A DNA stretch of 64,000 nucleotides from a virus. The notes under the pieces were generated by a model. The model saw only the letters and a program-made list of their open reading frames with translations, had not been told where the DNA came from and ran no database searches. Each line of letters opens with the position of its first letter. Position 1 is the first letter of the stretch. Both the position numbers and the translations under genes were made by a program. Of this stretch, positions 51,938 to 63,814 are shown in pieces. The DNA is taken from IMG/VR virus record IMGVR_UViG_3300050343_000255, positions 32,001 through 96,000 of that record; one strand, 5' to 3'.

Positions 51938-53478
51938 TTATAAATTAAAGCTGTCACTATTGTAGTCCATTTGTAAACTACCTCTTCTTAGTAGTCCACC
52001 CATTGTTAGTACCATTGAATCTACAGCGTCATCATGTGGTGAATGTCCAAAGTTAAGTAGCTCTTCTTCTAGTACATCCCACTTACGCCATTTATTCCAT
52101 ATAACTTTCTTGTGTTCATATAAACCAAGTACACCTCGAAGCCTTGCAAGTTTATCTCCTTTAAATCCTTTAACTGGAGAAACAGATAAGGTTATACAGT
52201 GCACGTTGTTCCAAGAATTATTCTTTTAAAATCACCTTCAAATGAGTTTTGATAAGCAACGGCTTCAGGCCATATTATGCACGGCGACATTGTTGGAAAA
52301 AATTGACCTTCGTCATTCTCAAGGACTATATTCCAATCAGCAAGCATTTGGCAGAGCAGATCCATCTTATCGAGATTGCCCATCGTGCGAGCACGCCGTT
52401 GATCGATCATGTAGATTTTGCCTTCTTTAATTCCACCAAGAGTCATGACAGTCCAGTCATTCTTCTCTTTTAATCCAGCACTTAGGTCAATACCTACACC
52501 AAGACAATCGTAATCATCTGGTACTTCTCCTTTAATAATAAGTTCTGGTGAGATGCCAACATCAGTTGACTTAACTGCTGTATTCAAGTACTGATATGCA
52601 AAGGCAACACGATCTTCTAACTTACGATCATTAAGATATTTCATTGACCAAAACTCTGGCCAATAGGAACGCTGCTTTCCGTCAGCGTCTGTTATGACTG
52701 CTCGCTGAACAATCTGTTTCCACTTGTTTTTTGGAACGAATAACGTGGCGTGAATATCGTCAAAGTGGAAGCGGGTTCCCAAACAGATAGCCCGTGCACC
52801 TTGAAACATCGTTGGTGCGATAACGTTAGACCACGTCTGCTCCATCTCACGGCGAATGTCTGGGTTGTTGATCGAAGCGGCAGATTTGATAGGGTCATCA
52901 ATAAGCACCAGCTGCGATCGTTTAGAGGTGATTGCACCTTTGAGACCACCACACGCAATTGTGAAAGCTTCTTCACCTGCTGTGTCAATTCCTGCAAACT
53001 CATAATCAATAGACCAGTATTCATCCGAACGTTTTATTTTTGAGAGTCTGACCATTGGAAAGATCTCTCGATATTTGTTACTTATAAGTATCCCTTTAAT
53101 CGTTGCTGACTTGGCACGACTAATGTCTACCATGTAAGCGATGTAAAGGATACGCAGCATCTGCTTGGCAGCTGCATGTCGTCCAATCATCCATGCTGCA
53201 AACAAACCAAGGACAGTACTTTTGGCAGAACCACGTGGTGCAAGGATCGATGTATTCGGACCTGCGATTCCTATTAAGCATTCACTATCTTCACCAGTAC
53301 ATAACTCTGCATGCCACTCCAGCATATGTTTTGCAGGAGCTTTACCCATGAACTTACAAAAGTCTTGGAAATTATCTCTTGCTTTTAAAACTTCTTCACT
53401 AGGTGGTTTTACAGTTACCTTCGTTGCGTTCATCAACGCTATTCGTCTGTATGCTAATGAAGCGCTAGGTATTGCCAT
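51938..53478 (-). CDS. terL: terminase large subunit (frameshift near 52200)
   Basis: APRGSAKST Walker A, VLIDDPIK Walker B, LGTRFH, GIDLS..DWTV, HDDAVDS nuclease. Confidence 0.92.
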
Positions 53479-53509
53479 AAGTTAGCCTTTCCTTAAGTCT
53501 AACTAATAT

Positions 53510-53797
53510 TTAAGCTTTTGCTAAGCCAAAACTCTTTGCCATACGATCAGCAGCTTTGTCTTTCATCCTTCTAATTGCTTTCATTCTTGCTTCTCTTGCC
53601 TTACTCTCTGCAAACGATAACCCCATATCTCGTAAGAAAATAGCAGCCTCTTCTGCTCGTGCATTAGTTCCCGAACTACCATCAGGCATTCCTGGCAATG
53701 CTTTAGGTAAATTACTTAGAGACCGAATTGTAGTTACTGATGCATCTGATAATGCAGGTAATTCTTTTGATTTAGGTAAGTATGGAGAAACGCTCAT
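53510..53797 (-). CDS. hypothetical protein
   Basis: Coupled ORF. Confidence 0.6.
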   Translation of the reverse strand: MSVSPYLPKSKELPALSDASVTTIRSLSNLPKALPGMPDGSSGTNARAEEAAIFLRDMGLSFAESKAREARMKAIRRMKDKAADRMAKSFGLAKA

Positions 53798-54336
53798 TAG
53801 CCTAGTTCACTATAAATCTTGGCAAACACTGCATTGATTGCGTTATCAATTGGTTCAGCTAGGTGTGGATCATCTTTAAATATAGAAGTCATCTCACGCA
53901 TCACACGATCAGCACCAGCAAGGATTAACCCACGCTTATCTGTTGTACGATTCATTCGATCAGACGTCTCAATGTGCGAACGTAGTTCCTTTTCAAGCGA
54001 AGCAAGGCGTGCCGCACCATCCGAACCTTTGATCTCTCCCGAGGTAATGGCCATTCGTAAGTCTTGTATATCGGAGTGGAGAGCAGCAATCTCGCTATTG
54101 AGTATTTCACGGCGATTGAGTTTCTTAAATTTCATCTTGACCCAACGGGCCATATCATTGAATGTACCAGGATAGTTAAGGATTCCGGCATATACCCAAA
54201 TTTCAATGATCGATGGAGTTACTTCAGCAAATTCTTTGAACTCTTCTGATTCAGACGCTGGCAAAGTATCCAACCACTGATCGACATACGTCATATAAAC
54301 TTTACCAGTTTTGCTATTAGTTGTTGACGAGGTCAT
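53797..54336 (-). CDS. helical protein, possible terminase small subunit
   Basis: Size, helical/coiled-coil pattern and position upstream of terL only. Confidence 0.4.
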   Translation of the reverse strand: MTSSTTNSKTGKVYMTYVDQWLDTLPASESEEFKEFAEVTPSIIEIWVYAGILNYPGTFNDMARWVKMKFKKLNRREILNSEIAALHSDIQDLRMAITSGEIKGSDGAARLASLEKELRSHIETSDRMNRTTDKRGLILAGADRVMREMTSIFKDDPHLAEPIDNAINAVFAKIYSELG

Positions 54337-54969
54337 CAGAAACCTCTAGCTAAACCAAGAGCTCGTGATTTATTCCGTGCTTCTCCACGTGCATTAATGT
54401 TGTCTTCAAATTCATAACTCTTTCTATCTTGATCACCTTGTGCTGCAATACCCAGTCGTTGCTGCTCCCCTTGTGTAACTGTACCTAAACGATTTTCAAC
54501 TCCTTGTGCTCGGTAGTTTTTACGGGTCTGCTCGCCTTGAGCAGCCATTGTTCCAATGTTCCTTCCGTAGCTCCTATCTGCATATTCATTAGTCAATTCA
54601 AACTGCTTATCTAAACTGCGCATTCCATATTCAAATGTATCAGCTCTGTTTTCACGGTTATTGCGCATTTCAAGGTTTGCACCAAATAGTGAATTATCCT
54701 TATACAACCCAGATCCAAAGTCAGCTTGTTGCTCTGACCTAGCCATATCCATATTTTTTCCAACCTGATCCGCATACATACCAGTCTGCAGATTAGTCAT
54801 CCTGTCATAATCTTTATCTACTGGTTGAAAGAAGTTATCACTAAAGGTACTACCAAAGTTTGCATAACCACTAGAAATTTTATCAATAGCTTCTGATCCG
54901 CCTCACCTGATCGTTATTGTCATCTACGCCATCTTTATTTACGTCTACAAATTCTCTTGGTCTAGTCAT
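54336..54969 (-). CDS. putative internal virion protein (QGEQ repeats; frameshifted)
   Basis: AQGEQTR/TQGEQQR/AQGDQDR repeats. Confidence 0.5.
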
Positions 54970-55039
54970 TGTTCTTTTTAACCACTGATATAAATATTGT
55001 ATCTAACTACAATAGATATATAAAAGACGTAGACGTGTC

Positions 55040-55357
55040 ATGCAATTTAACTATGGTAATTCCGCAAACTACCTTGCTGGTGGTGCAGCTGTAGCTAATA
55101 CTTATCTTGATACCTATGACACGTCTCAGAAGACTGGTACTGATGTTAATAAGTTAGTACAAGCGGAAAGCAAGAAACGGAATCAACAGAGGGTCAATGC
55201 AATTGATCAGGTGACTACTGTTGGACAGTTAATACAGATACAGCTGTAGACATTCAGACTGGGATGAAGATCACAGATATGGATGCAAAGCTTAAGAAGG
55301 ATATTGCAAAAATACAGAAGCCTGCGAAGATGGCTGGTGCATTGGCAGCAACATTAA
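55040..55357 (+). CDS. hypothetical protein (frameshifted)
   Basis: TACAATAG at 55008 upstream; divergent from the 54969 gene. Confidence 0.5.
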
Positions 55358-56154
55358 TAGTTCACCAAATTATTACTGACATTACCCAGCCCTTGCAGAA
55401 TTAAAGCCAACGCCTCACGTTGATCCCTACGGTTGCTACGAGCGTTTTCCATATCTAACCTACGGTTGTTCATTCCCATCTGACCCATTTGCAGTTGGAA
55501 ATTATTTTGCGATTGCATTTGTTGAAATTGACGGTCAGCAAGATTCTGCTCCATCAAATCAAGATACCTAGATTGTTCTTTAGACCGATCTTCAAGTAAT
55601 CGATTTTCTTGTCGTTCTGCTCTTGATTCTGGACTGCCTTTTTGAGATTTGCGGAATCTTTCACCTTCAGCATCAAGTTCATAACTACTCTTACCGAGTA
55701 AGCCATCAACTGCTAAACCTGGATAACTAGCTTTAAGGTTTTGCAAAGAGTTTAATTTCTTTAGTTCATCTTGAACACGTAGTGATGCTTCAGAAGTACC
55801 CTCACCCTCTCTGTAGCCAAGATTAGTTGGCATCCGATCTTTATAGCCAAGGTTTGTGTATCCTTGTTCAATTTGTTTAATACCCGTTCTTAGGCTGCTA
55901 TTTACAGCATCAATAGCTTGTTGCCTAGCAGCATCTTTTACTTGTTTTGTAGAGATTCCTGTTCTTAATGCCCTTAAATTATCACCAATATCATCTTTGT
56001 AACTATCAGGCTTGTTTAGATCAAAGCTTTCACCTTTGGCAATTGATTCTGGTGTATAGCCAATTGATTCTTTTAATCCTGGAATTAAATCAATAGCCGC
56101 TTTGGTAGCTAATGCACCGCCGGATAGAATTCCTGCTCCTGCTAAAAATGGCAT
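55354..56154 (-). CDS. putative internal virion/ejection protein
   Basis: Gly/Ala hydrophobic N-terminus, Gln-rich coiled coil. Confidence 0.55.
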   Translation of the reverse strand: MPFLAGAGILSGGALATKAAIDLIPGLKESIGYTPESIAKGESFDLNKPDSYKDDIGDNLRALRTGISTKQVKDAARQQAIDAVNSSLRTGIKQIEQGYTNLGYKDRMPTNLGYREGEGTSEASLRVQDELKKLNSLQNLKASYPGLAVDGLLGKSSYELDAEGERFRKSQKGSPESRAERQENRLLEDRSKEQSRYLDLMEQNLADRQFQQMQSQNNFQLQMGQMGMNNRRLDMENARSNRRDQREALALILQGLGNVSNNLVNY

Positions 56155-56697
56155 CAGACTAATCCTCGCTGTTGTAGCAATTTAAGCGCTTCTTCTAGTT
56201 TACGATCTTCTGCAGACTTACCTCCACCAAGTAAGAACTGAAGTCCATCACTTGCAGCTTTACCAAGAGATGCACCACCTGCAGCTACCAGAGGATTACC
56301 CATTCCAAGTACTCCACCAATAGTTCCACCAAACCCCATTGCCGCAGCATCCATAACTTTATTACCAAAGACTGTCGTCACCTAAGACAATATCTCCAAC
56401 ATCACCAACAGCTTGAACGGCACCAAGTACAGGTAACGCTCGTCCTGCAAACCTCATAGGTGCGGATCTAACAACACCCATTGCTCCTGCACGAAGCCCT
56501 TTAGGTAGAGCCTTAACTCCTGCTGCAACTAGCTGATCTCCTCCCATAACCCTGTTGGCATCATCAGCCATATTGCCGATGCCACTAAGGGTTTGTCCAC
56601 CTAAGTTTCTTAGTGCTTTGCCTTGTACAACACCACCCATAAATTCAGGATTATTTTGAATGGCTTTTAGAAGTAGATCCCTTTCAAGTGGAGTCAT
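56154..56697 (-). CDS. Gly-zipper putative ejection protein (frameshifted)
   Basis: Two overlapping ORFs; GFGGTIGGVLG. Confidence 0.5.
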
Positions 56698-56717
56698 GAC
56701 ATTGTATTTAATAGTTT

Positions 56718-57150
56718 AATTAACCGAATAGATTGCCGAGCATTTGCCCGCCTTTAGATGCAAGTGCACCCACCATAGGATTGCCACCGGAAAGGATTGT
56801 TCCACCAATGCCAGCTACGGCACCAAGGCAGAACCCCACATGGATTTACTAGCGGCATCTTTAGCATCCGCCTTCAGTTGCTTAGCTTCCTTTTCTGCAG
56901 CAGATACCAGTCCAATCGAGCCTAAACTTTTACCCATTGCATAAGCATCTGCATTACTTGCTGCAGTTTCTACTGCTGACTTATTGGCAATATCTTGCGC
57001 AATAAAATCAGAGGGGCTAAAGGACTGACCTCTATTTGTTTTCCAGATCTTACCAAGATCTACAGCATTTCCATAACGAGCGGCATTGCTGCTTGGCTCA
57101 TTAAATGTTATAGGACTTAAGTTAAGACCTGTAGAAAAGCTGGTAGCCAT
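56718..57150 (-). CDS. Ala/Gly-rich putative ejection protein (frameshifted)
   Basis: ORF 56815-57150 plus shifted tail. Confidence 0.45.
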
Positions 57151-57185
57151 ATCTTTTTAATTAGCCTTTATTAAGTGTATCAATA

Positions 57186-57596
57186 TTATCCAATGTAACC
57201 ATGCATGTCAATTCCAAAACCTAAGGATTCTAATGTTCTTTCCAAAAATATCCGCAGGGCTTCTTCCAAATGATTGTAGTTCAGATACACCACTTGATCT
57301 GTTCCTCCACCAAAGTTACCAAACCCACCAGCTGCACCAAAAGATCCAACATTGCCGAGCCAGTCAAGACCTGCCACTTTACCGCACCTGCTGATCTGTT
57401 GTTGATTTGCAGATTGCTAGCATCATCCATAGATTTCTTTGTTCTCATTTTTCCAAAGATGTCTACACCTGCTCCACCAACCATAGCAGTATTAAGAAAT
57501 GCATTAGCACTTCTTTTGCATCTTTCTGAGCACTAGTGCCTACTATTTTCCAGTATCAAATGAATCAAGAAAACCTGTGAAAACTCCAAAAGCCAT
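57186..57596 (-). CDS. Gly-rich putative ejection protein (frameshifted)
   Basis: ORF fragments. Confidence 0.4.
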
Positions 57597-57604
57597 AGTA
57601 ATTA

Positions 57605-58839
57605 CTATAAATATTGTTCAGCGTTTCCGCCTTGCATTTGATTCTCTAGAGAATTCCTGCGACGTCGCTCTCCTTCAATTATATTACCTCCAACTTGACC
57701 TGCTGCTAATCCTCCAAGTCCACCAAGTAGTCCACCAATTGCAGCTTGTTTAGATCTTGCACCATACTTAGCTCCTGCTAAGTCCACCAGCCAATGCTGC
57801 TGTATAAGGAACTATTCCTGTAGTAACTGGTAAGCCTCGACCAAGGAACTGAACCTCAGGTCCGTGAATACCTTCGTCGGTAAACTTCAGTGCTCCTGCA
57901 CCAATAGTTAGATCACCATCTGTTGGATTGTAGTCTTCACGCTTGTCATACTTAAAGGCTTGATAACGCTTGTACTCATCTCGGCTTACATCAGGTCGTA
58001 CTTTTTTGAACTCTTCGTAAGGAAGTAGTTGACCTGTACGTCCCATCAAATACTTAAGACCAACCTCACCAAGAACGTTTGAACTCTTTGTTGGATCGTC
58101 TTCTGAAGGTAGTGCCGCTTTGTATCCCTCAGCCCCACCAAATGGGCTCATAAGCCCTAGTCCGGTGTTAATTGCAATACCTGTAGGAATTGCTAACGAC
58201 TGCACCATACCGGGGCTGTAGTTGCGCTTTTGAAGATCACCTGAATCATCAAAGCTATAGCCACGTGATGCTTTAATTTATCGTCAACATACTTTGCCTT
58301 TTTTAGTATCCACCATTTCTTTGATGGCATCCTTATCACTGATGTTTAGATACCTTGGTGATTTTCCTTCAGGGGTAACAGTGAATGGAATCTCAGCGCT
58401 TTGTACACGAGACTTTTTGTATAGCTCTGGTACTACACGGGATAGTGCTTGCTCATTGATCACTTCACCTGTGGCCTGTAGTGCATTCAATAGCCAGTAC
58501 ACACTACGGGTAGTGTCTTGGGTTAAGTCATTAGCAATATCTCCTGTTAGCTGTCCACTCTTTCGTGCAGTACTACCTTTTAGCTGCATATCAAACTCTT
58601 CAAGAGCTTGACGCTTCTCAGGTCTTAATGTGCCAGTAAGCTCCTGTAACCGAAAGGCAGCAGGGTGGGTTCCCATAAGAGAATCTGCTTTGGTTGATTC
58701 TTCTGTTAGACCACTTAGCTTGCGATCTCGAAGCATCACATTTCTACGATCCTCACGACCTATCCCATAACTATCTCTAAAGCCCTTCACCAAAGTCGCT
58801 AAGGATATTCCGTATTTGCTGCATGCGATCTTTAGCCAT
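57605..58839 (-). CDS. putative internal virion protein (frameshifted)
   Basis: Three same-strand fragments; C-terminal Gly zipper IGGLLGGLGGLAAG. Confidence 0.5.
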
Positions 58840-59344
58840 TAACCAATACCTTGATTTCCGTATAGAAGCTTTGTGTAGATCCAGGCAGTAGTCCTAATTC
58901 AGCTAACAGCTTTCCTGTTTGATCCTGTCGGATCATGTTCTCCAGTGCTTCACGATCCTGTGCACTTAGCTTTTCATAAGGTGTCTGACCTTTTCCACCC
59001 ATAGCAAGGTCTTTACCTTGTTGTAGTTTTTCAGAAACTACTCGACCACCCATATCTCCACCAATTGATCCAGCCATATCTAGCACCCTTGCTAGGTTTA
59101 CATTTGTACCACCAAGTCGTCCTAAAGCTAATCCACCTAAGCCTCCACCCACTACTGAACCACCAGCAATTAATTTGTCTCCAATATCGCCAGGTGTCAT
59201 TGCCAGCTTCCATGCCACCAAATAACATGATTCTGGAAGAAGACGTTCTCCAAGAGCCATATTGCCCATATATTTACCTGTAGCTGGATTACTGAATAAA
59301 CCTTTGACAGCACTACCTGCAAATCTTCCTACTTTACCAATCAT
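58832..59344 (-). CDS. Gly-zipper putative ejection protein
   Basis: GGSVVGGGLGGLALG..AGSIGGDMGG. Confidence 0.5.
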   Translation of the reverse strand: MIGKVGRFAGSAVKGLFSNPATGKYMGNMALGERLLPESCYLVAWKLAMTPGDIGDKLIAGGSVVGGGLGGLALGRLGGTNVNLARVLDMAGSIGGDMGGRVVSEKLQQGKDLAMGGKGQTPYEKLSAQDREALENMIRQDQTGKLLAELGLLPGSTQSFYTEIKVLVNG

Positions 59345-61656
59345 TATTTCTTACGCATTTTGTGGGTTGTTCATATTATATCTAGGCATGAAAGAATTGT
59401 TCTCCTGGAGGAATTGACCTTGTTGAAAGTACTCCATGAATTCATATATGATCTGTTTTCCATCATCATTGTCCGCGTACTTTTGTGCAAGAAGTTTTGC
59501 ACTTTGATCTGTTCTGCTGAAGCAGGGCGGCTAGGTCACGAGGTGTTCTTGATTCAGCTGCACCACTACTTGTTCCAAACCTTGTACCTTTCCTGAATCT
59601 CTTTGAACGTCAGCACCTGCAGCTTACGTAGGGATCCAAGGTCTACTCTTGCTTTACCTGGATTATTACTGTTGCGCATGATTAAGCTCTAGGGAAACGT
59701 GAACGACGGCCTACAGGGAGGCAGTTGGGAAATAATTGAACTCATCGCATCTGCACGACGAGAGAGATCTTCATCTGCTCTGCGTTGTACAGCTTGTGCA
59801 CCAATGATGTTGGATTCATTGCGCTTACGGCGAATAGCCGCATCTGCTCTGGATTCAGTCTTCTTGGCACGACCTTCACTCAACTGTTCAAGTTTTGAGC
59901 GAATCGCGGCAGGGTCTGTTTCACCAGTGCGGTTATAGACCTCTTGCTGTCCAAACGTAGACAGTGGGTTTGTTGAGCGCTGCGCGGGCATCCCGATATA
60001 TGGCTTTGCGGCTCCAGGGCTTTGAAGCTTTGCCATTGCAGCAACTACGTCCTCACCTGTGCTCTTCACACGAGTTCCACCCTTCTGTTGAGCAATACCT
60101 ACGTTTCCGAAGCCCTCTTGTGGGGAATCAAAGGTGATACCAGCAGTGGGACCACCGGTACGGTCTAGGTAAGTGCCAGTTGGGTTCTGATTTACCGAAG
60201 AACGGCGTGCAGCATCCAGTTGGAACATGGAGTTAGCCAAACGTTGCTCATCTCCACTGCTCATACCCAGTTTCTGCATGAGACCACTAACAACCTGTGT
60301 TCCTGCAGGGATGTTCTTACGAGTTTCGGGATCTACAACAAACAGTGTGTCTCCTTTGCGCTCTAGTTCCTGATTAACGAAGGTTGCAGCCTTCTCAAGC
60401 TCATCGATTGAACGAATATTGCCTGATACTTGCTGCAGAGAAGGGGAATCAATACGAATACCCAGTTCTCGCAGTTTGTTTGAGAAGTTTGTCGTCTCTT
60501 TAGAGATATTTGCCTGTGGATACCGAGGAGGAGTGCTTCCTGTGTCCTGAACCATGGCAGGAAGGTTGCTTGCAGTCCACTCACGTGCAGTTTGTGGATT
60601 CTGTGGAGAGTTCATCATCTGAGCAGTGTCAGGTGTATTAGCTCCTTGGGTTGAGAGGCTGATTCCCAAAGCAGGATCCAAAGCAATAGGTGCCTTGGTC
60701 ACTGGATCTGCGTATCCAACAATCCGTCCGGTGTTATCGACGATCTCTTCTGCATTAGACATGACTGCTTTAGCACCATCGAAGTCTTGCTGCGCTTGCT
60801 CCATACCTCCAAGGGAGCCTGCGGCTCCGAGGCGGCGAATTTCACCAATACGGCCAATAGCTTCATCAGCCATGGCACCATCACTGCCACCTAAGAATTG
60901 AGTACGAGCAATGTTCTGTGCTTCTGCATCAGCACGGTTGTCGTTGTACTCCATCATCTCTGGATTAAACCGAGCACGGTCACGACTTGCGGTTGCTCGT
61001 CCAATCGTGCGTCAGCTGCGCGTTCATTCCCTAAATAAACTTTGAGAGCGTCCATTGCTGTGGATGTTTCGCTATCAACCCCAGATCCACCGAATACACG
61101 GGCAATAGATCCACCAATTCCTTGCTGTTGACGTTCAGCAGAGCGTTGAAGGTCCGACTAATGCATCAGTAAGCACTGATTTAGGTGCCATTACTGGAAA
61201 ATCTTCTGGATTCAGCGCTAAATGTTTTCAGCACTCAAATCAGCGATTAGCCCTTTTTACTCCTAGATCCTTTGTATTCTTTGGCATCTAGCAGGTCTTC
61301 TTTGATTCTTCTTGCGTTCTTGATCAGTCATATTGACTGTCAAAACCTCGATATTCGTAGAATGTCTGCTCATTGATCTCTACCAAATCCTGCATCTAAT
61401 TCGTCATCATCTAGGAACTTAATACCATCAAGCTCTGGACGTCCCACATTTGCAGTAGTTGTCTTCTCTGACTGTGCAATCTGCCGTAGATATTGGTCTG
61501 GATCAAACTGTTGGTCAGCCCTGGCCTGGCGACGTTGCTGACGAGACACAGCAGAAGCATTTCTTCTTGCGACAACCCAAGGGTTTGTCGGGCGGCCTGG
61601 AATTGTGCACTTTGGATTAATGCATTATTGAGGCTTTGTTTAGCTTCTAGTGACAC
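59345..61656 (-). CDS. large putative internal virion protein (frameshifted)
   Basis: ORFs 61411-61656 and 59689-60957 plus intervening frames; TACAATAG upstream at 61681. Confidence 0.5.
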
Positions 61657-61709
61657 TATTTCTACTGCGTAAACCTACAACTATTGTAGATAATTTAAAT
61701 ATCTTTTAT

Positions 61710-62592
61710 TTACCTAGCATGCTTGTTCATAAAAAGATCTTTCAAACCCTGGGATGCAAATCTTTTAGTAGGAATATCTAAACCTTTTGCTAATTGATTC
61801 ATTACTCCATCTTCCATCTCAGCTTTGTAATCAGGTTTCACAGCTGTAGACAATTCAATGCCTTCAATCATTGGAGTGACACCTGGAATAATTGGAGTGG
61901 ATCCTGCATTCATCGAAGAGGGCAGTTGACCTTTTGCAACTAACTGGGCAGCAGCATTTTTAAAAGCTTGAGCATCTTGTGGAGTTGAATTACCAATAGA
62001 ACTGCCATCAATTACAGTCTCAAGTCCACCATTGTTAATAGCAATAATGTCATCACGGGATCTACCCGTATCATCCATTTGATCTTGGATATCAGCATTT
62101 TTCATACGAGTGCTTTGGAATCCGCTTTTGGCAAACTCCTTTTGTGCCAAAGCAGGGTTAGCCTTTGCCCATTCTTGAAGATCTTTACGGTCGGCATACA
62201 TCTCTTGGATGTCACTCATATTTGCCTGACCGGCTTTAAAGTTAGATGCATACCTTGCTCTGTAGCATTTGGATCTAATTTTGGACCCTTTGCAGTATCT
62301 GGTGCTGATTGATTGCTTAGTTAATTGCTTCTTGTGTCTCTTCAGGTGAGAGCGTATCAAAGCCTTGAATAGGTTTCTTATCTTCGATTTTGTTTTTTGA
62401 GCTTACCTGCCAAAAATTGCTTGAGAAAGTCGTCTTGCTCTAGTCCTAATGCTTGACGTAAGTTTTTACCGTATTCACCATATGCTTGTGAAACTGCAGC
62501 ACCTGCATTCATCAATGGATTAATTATTCCTGCATTTATATTTTTGACGTTCACACCTGGGATAAAATTTCACCAAAATATTTAATAGCCAT
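61710..62592 (-). CDS. hypothetical late protein (frameshifted)
   Basis: LQEWAKANPALA; ATG at 62592. Confidence 0.5.
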
Positions 62593-62626
62593 TGTCATTT
62601 TTAATACTGAATCAATTGTATCTAAT

Positions 62627-62750
62627 GCAAAAACTACTCTTGCTACGCTGTTTCCCTATATTGTTTATTTAAAAAGGTAAGAGTAATAGGTAGCTAGGAA
62701 TTAACAAAGGATATATACAAAACAAGCGTAGTTTGCGTAGTTCGTAGCAA
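62627..62750. repeat. copy 2 (inverted) of the ~125-bp iteron/AT-rich element
   Basis: Reverse complement aligns end to end with 20761-20884. Confidence 0.7.
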
Positions 62751-63272
62751 GGATTCAAACAAAGCAGCGTTGCCTCGATATTCCCACGATTGTCAACGTC
62801 CGCTCACACAGCCATATATAGTATGTACCCTAAGTTATGGGACATATACCCAAATTTAAAAGGGTAGGAGTCGGTCAATATTGACATATGGCACAAAAGA
62901 GTTCCCTATAGGACCCTAAATTAGTTAGAAAATTTTCGACACGTCTAATCCCTTCTGTACCCCGGTAACCGGTGGAACAAAAAAAATATACACACGTTTC
63001 ACATGTGATTAACATTTGTTTTGAACACAAGTAACAACAGAAGGATTCAACTCAAGTTAACAACAGTAAAGTTTACACATAATGTTTCACATTTGTTTTA
63101 CTTATGTTGTAACAGTTGAGTTCTTACACACGTCACGTTCGCTTTACAGAAGTATCACTTTCGTTTATAGGAACATCTGTCGTTGACGTATGTGTATACA
63201 TTGTTCCCCTGTGAAATTCATGGGCGTCATTTCGAGTCACACGATGACTACGATACACGAGAGCTGGAATGT

Positions 63273-63814
63273 AACACAATGGCGTCAATGACGCCTCTAA
63301 TTGTGTTCTTTATGTGTCACACATGCAATCACATGATCGGTCTTGTTCACTTAGCTGGCTATTTACCTTGTCCAGATTGGTACACAATGGCGTCAATTGA
63401 CGCCTCTATTTCATTGTGTTCTTTCGATACTAAGTATCTCATGCGTAAACTCGCTACCCTTACCAAGATGACTGCCAAAGGTCTGTCAACTTGGACATTC
63501 GCTCAATGTGACAGTGTCTACGTCGCATTCGGTGGTACTACTAACCGATGCAGAGTATTCACTACACATGCACAGCTTCAGGACTGCATGCTCAACTATG
63601 CGTCCTATGGCTATCAAGTAGAACGTCATACGACCAAGCGTCGTTGGGACGGAGCTACTCCTAAGCCTATTAAGCGTGTACCACCATCAATGCAGCAGGA
63701 GCTTGCACTACTTGAGACTATGACTCAAGAGACTGCTCCCCGTCCTGCAGAAGATACCTTGGTGGCACTCTATTGAGCAACAAGAGTCTTGGCGTCTATC
63801 GACGCCTTTCTCTT
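63273..63814 (+). repeat. three GGCGTC-N3/4-GACGCC hairpins
   Basis: At 63281, 63389 and 63791, each with an outer stem. Confidence 0.75.
63441..63776 (+). CDS. early hypothetical protein
   Basis: ATG at 63441 after hairpin 2. Confidence 0.55.
   Translation: MRKLATLTKMTAKGLSTWTFAQCDSVYVAFGGTTNRCRVFTTHAQLQDCMLNYASYGYQVERHTTKRRWDGATPKPIKRVPPSMQQELALLETMTQETAPRPAEDTLVALY

Noticed and set aside
1887-62592. Widespread frameshifts suggesting a decaying prophage or programmed frameshifting
   Set aside because: They hit essential genes (capsid, portal, TerL, RNR) indiscriminately, the ones I traced are single-base indels in short runs, and attP is intact; long-read error is the simplest explanation
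62750-63270. NtcA or CRP binding sites
   Set aside because: I found no convincing GTA-N8-TAC or TGTGA-N6-TCACA by eye
63183-63440. N-terminal extension of the 197-aa ORF
   Set aside because: TTG start running through two hairpin repeats; ATG 63441 is the more plausible start
63273-63814. CRISPR mini-array
   Set aside because: Only three copies, irregular spacing (about 108 and 402 bp) with a gene between them, and no cas genes
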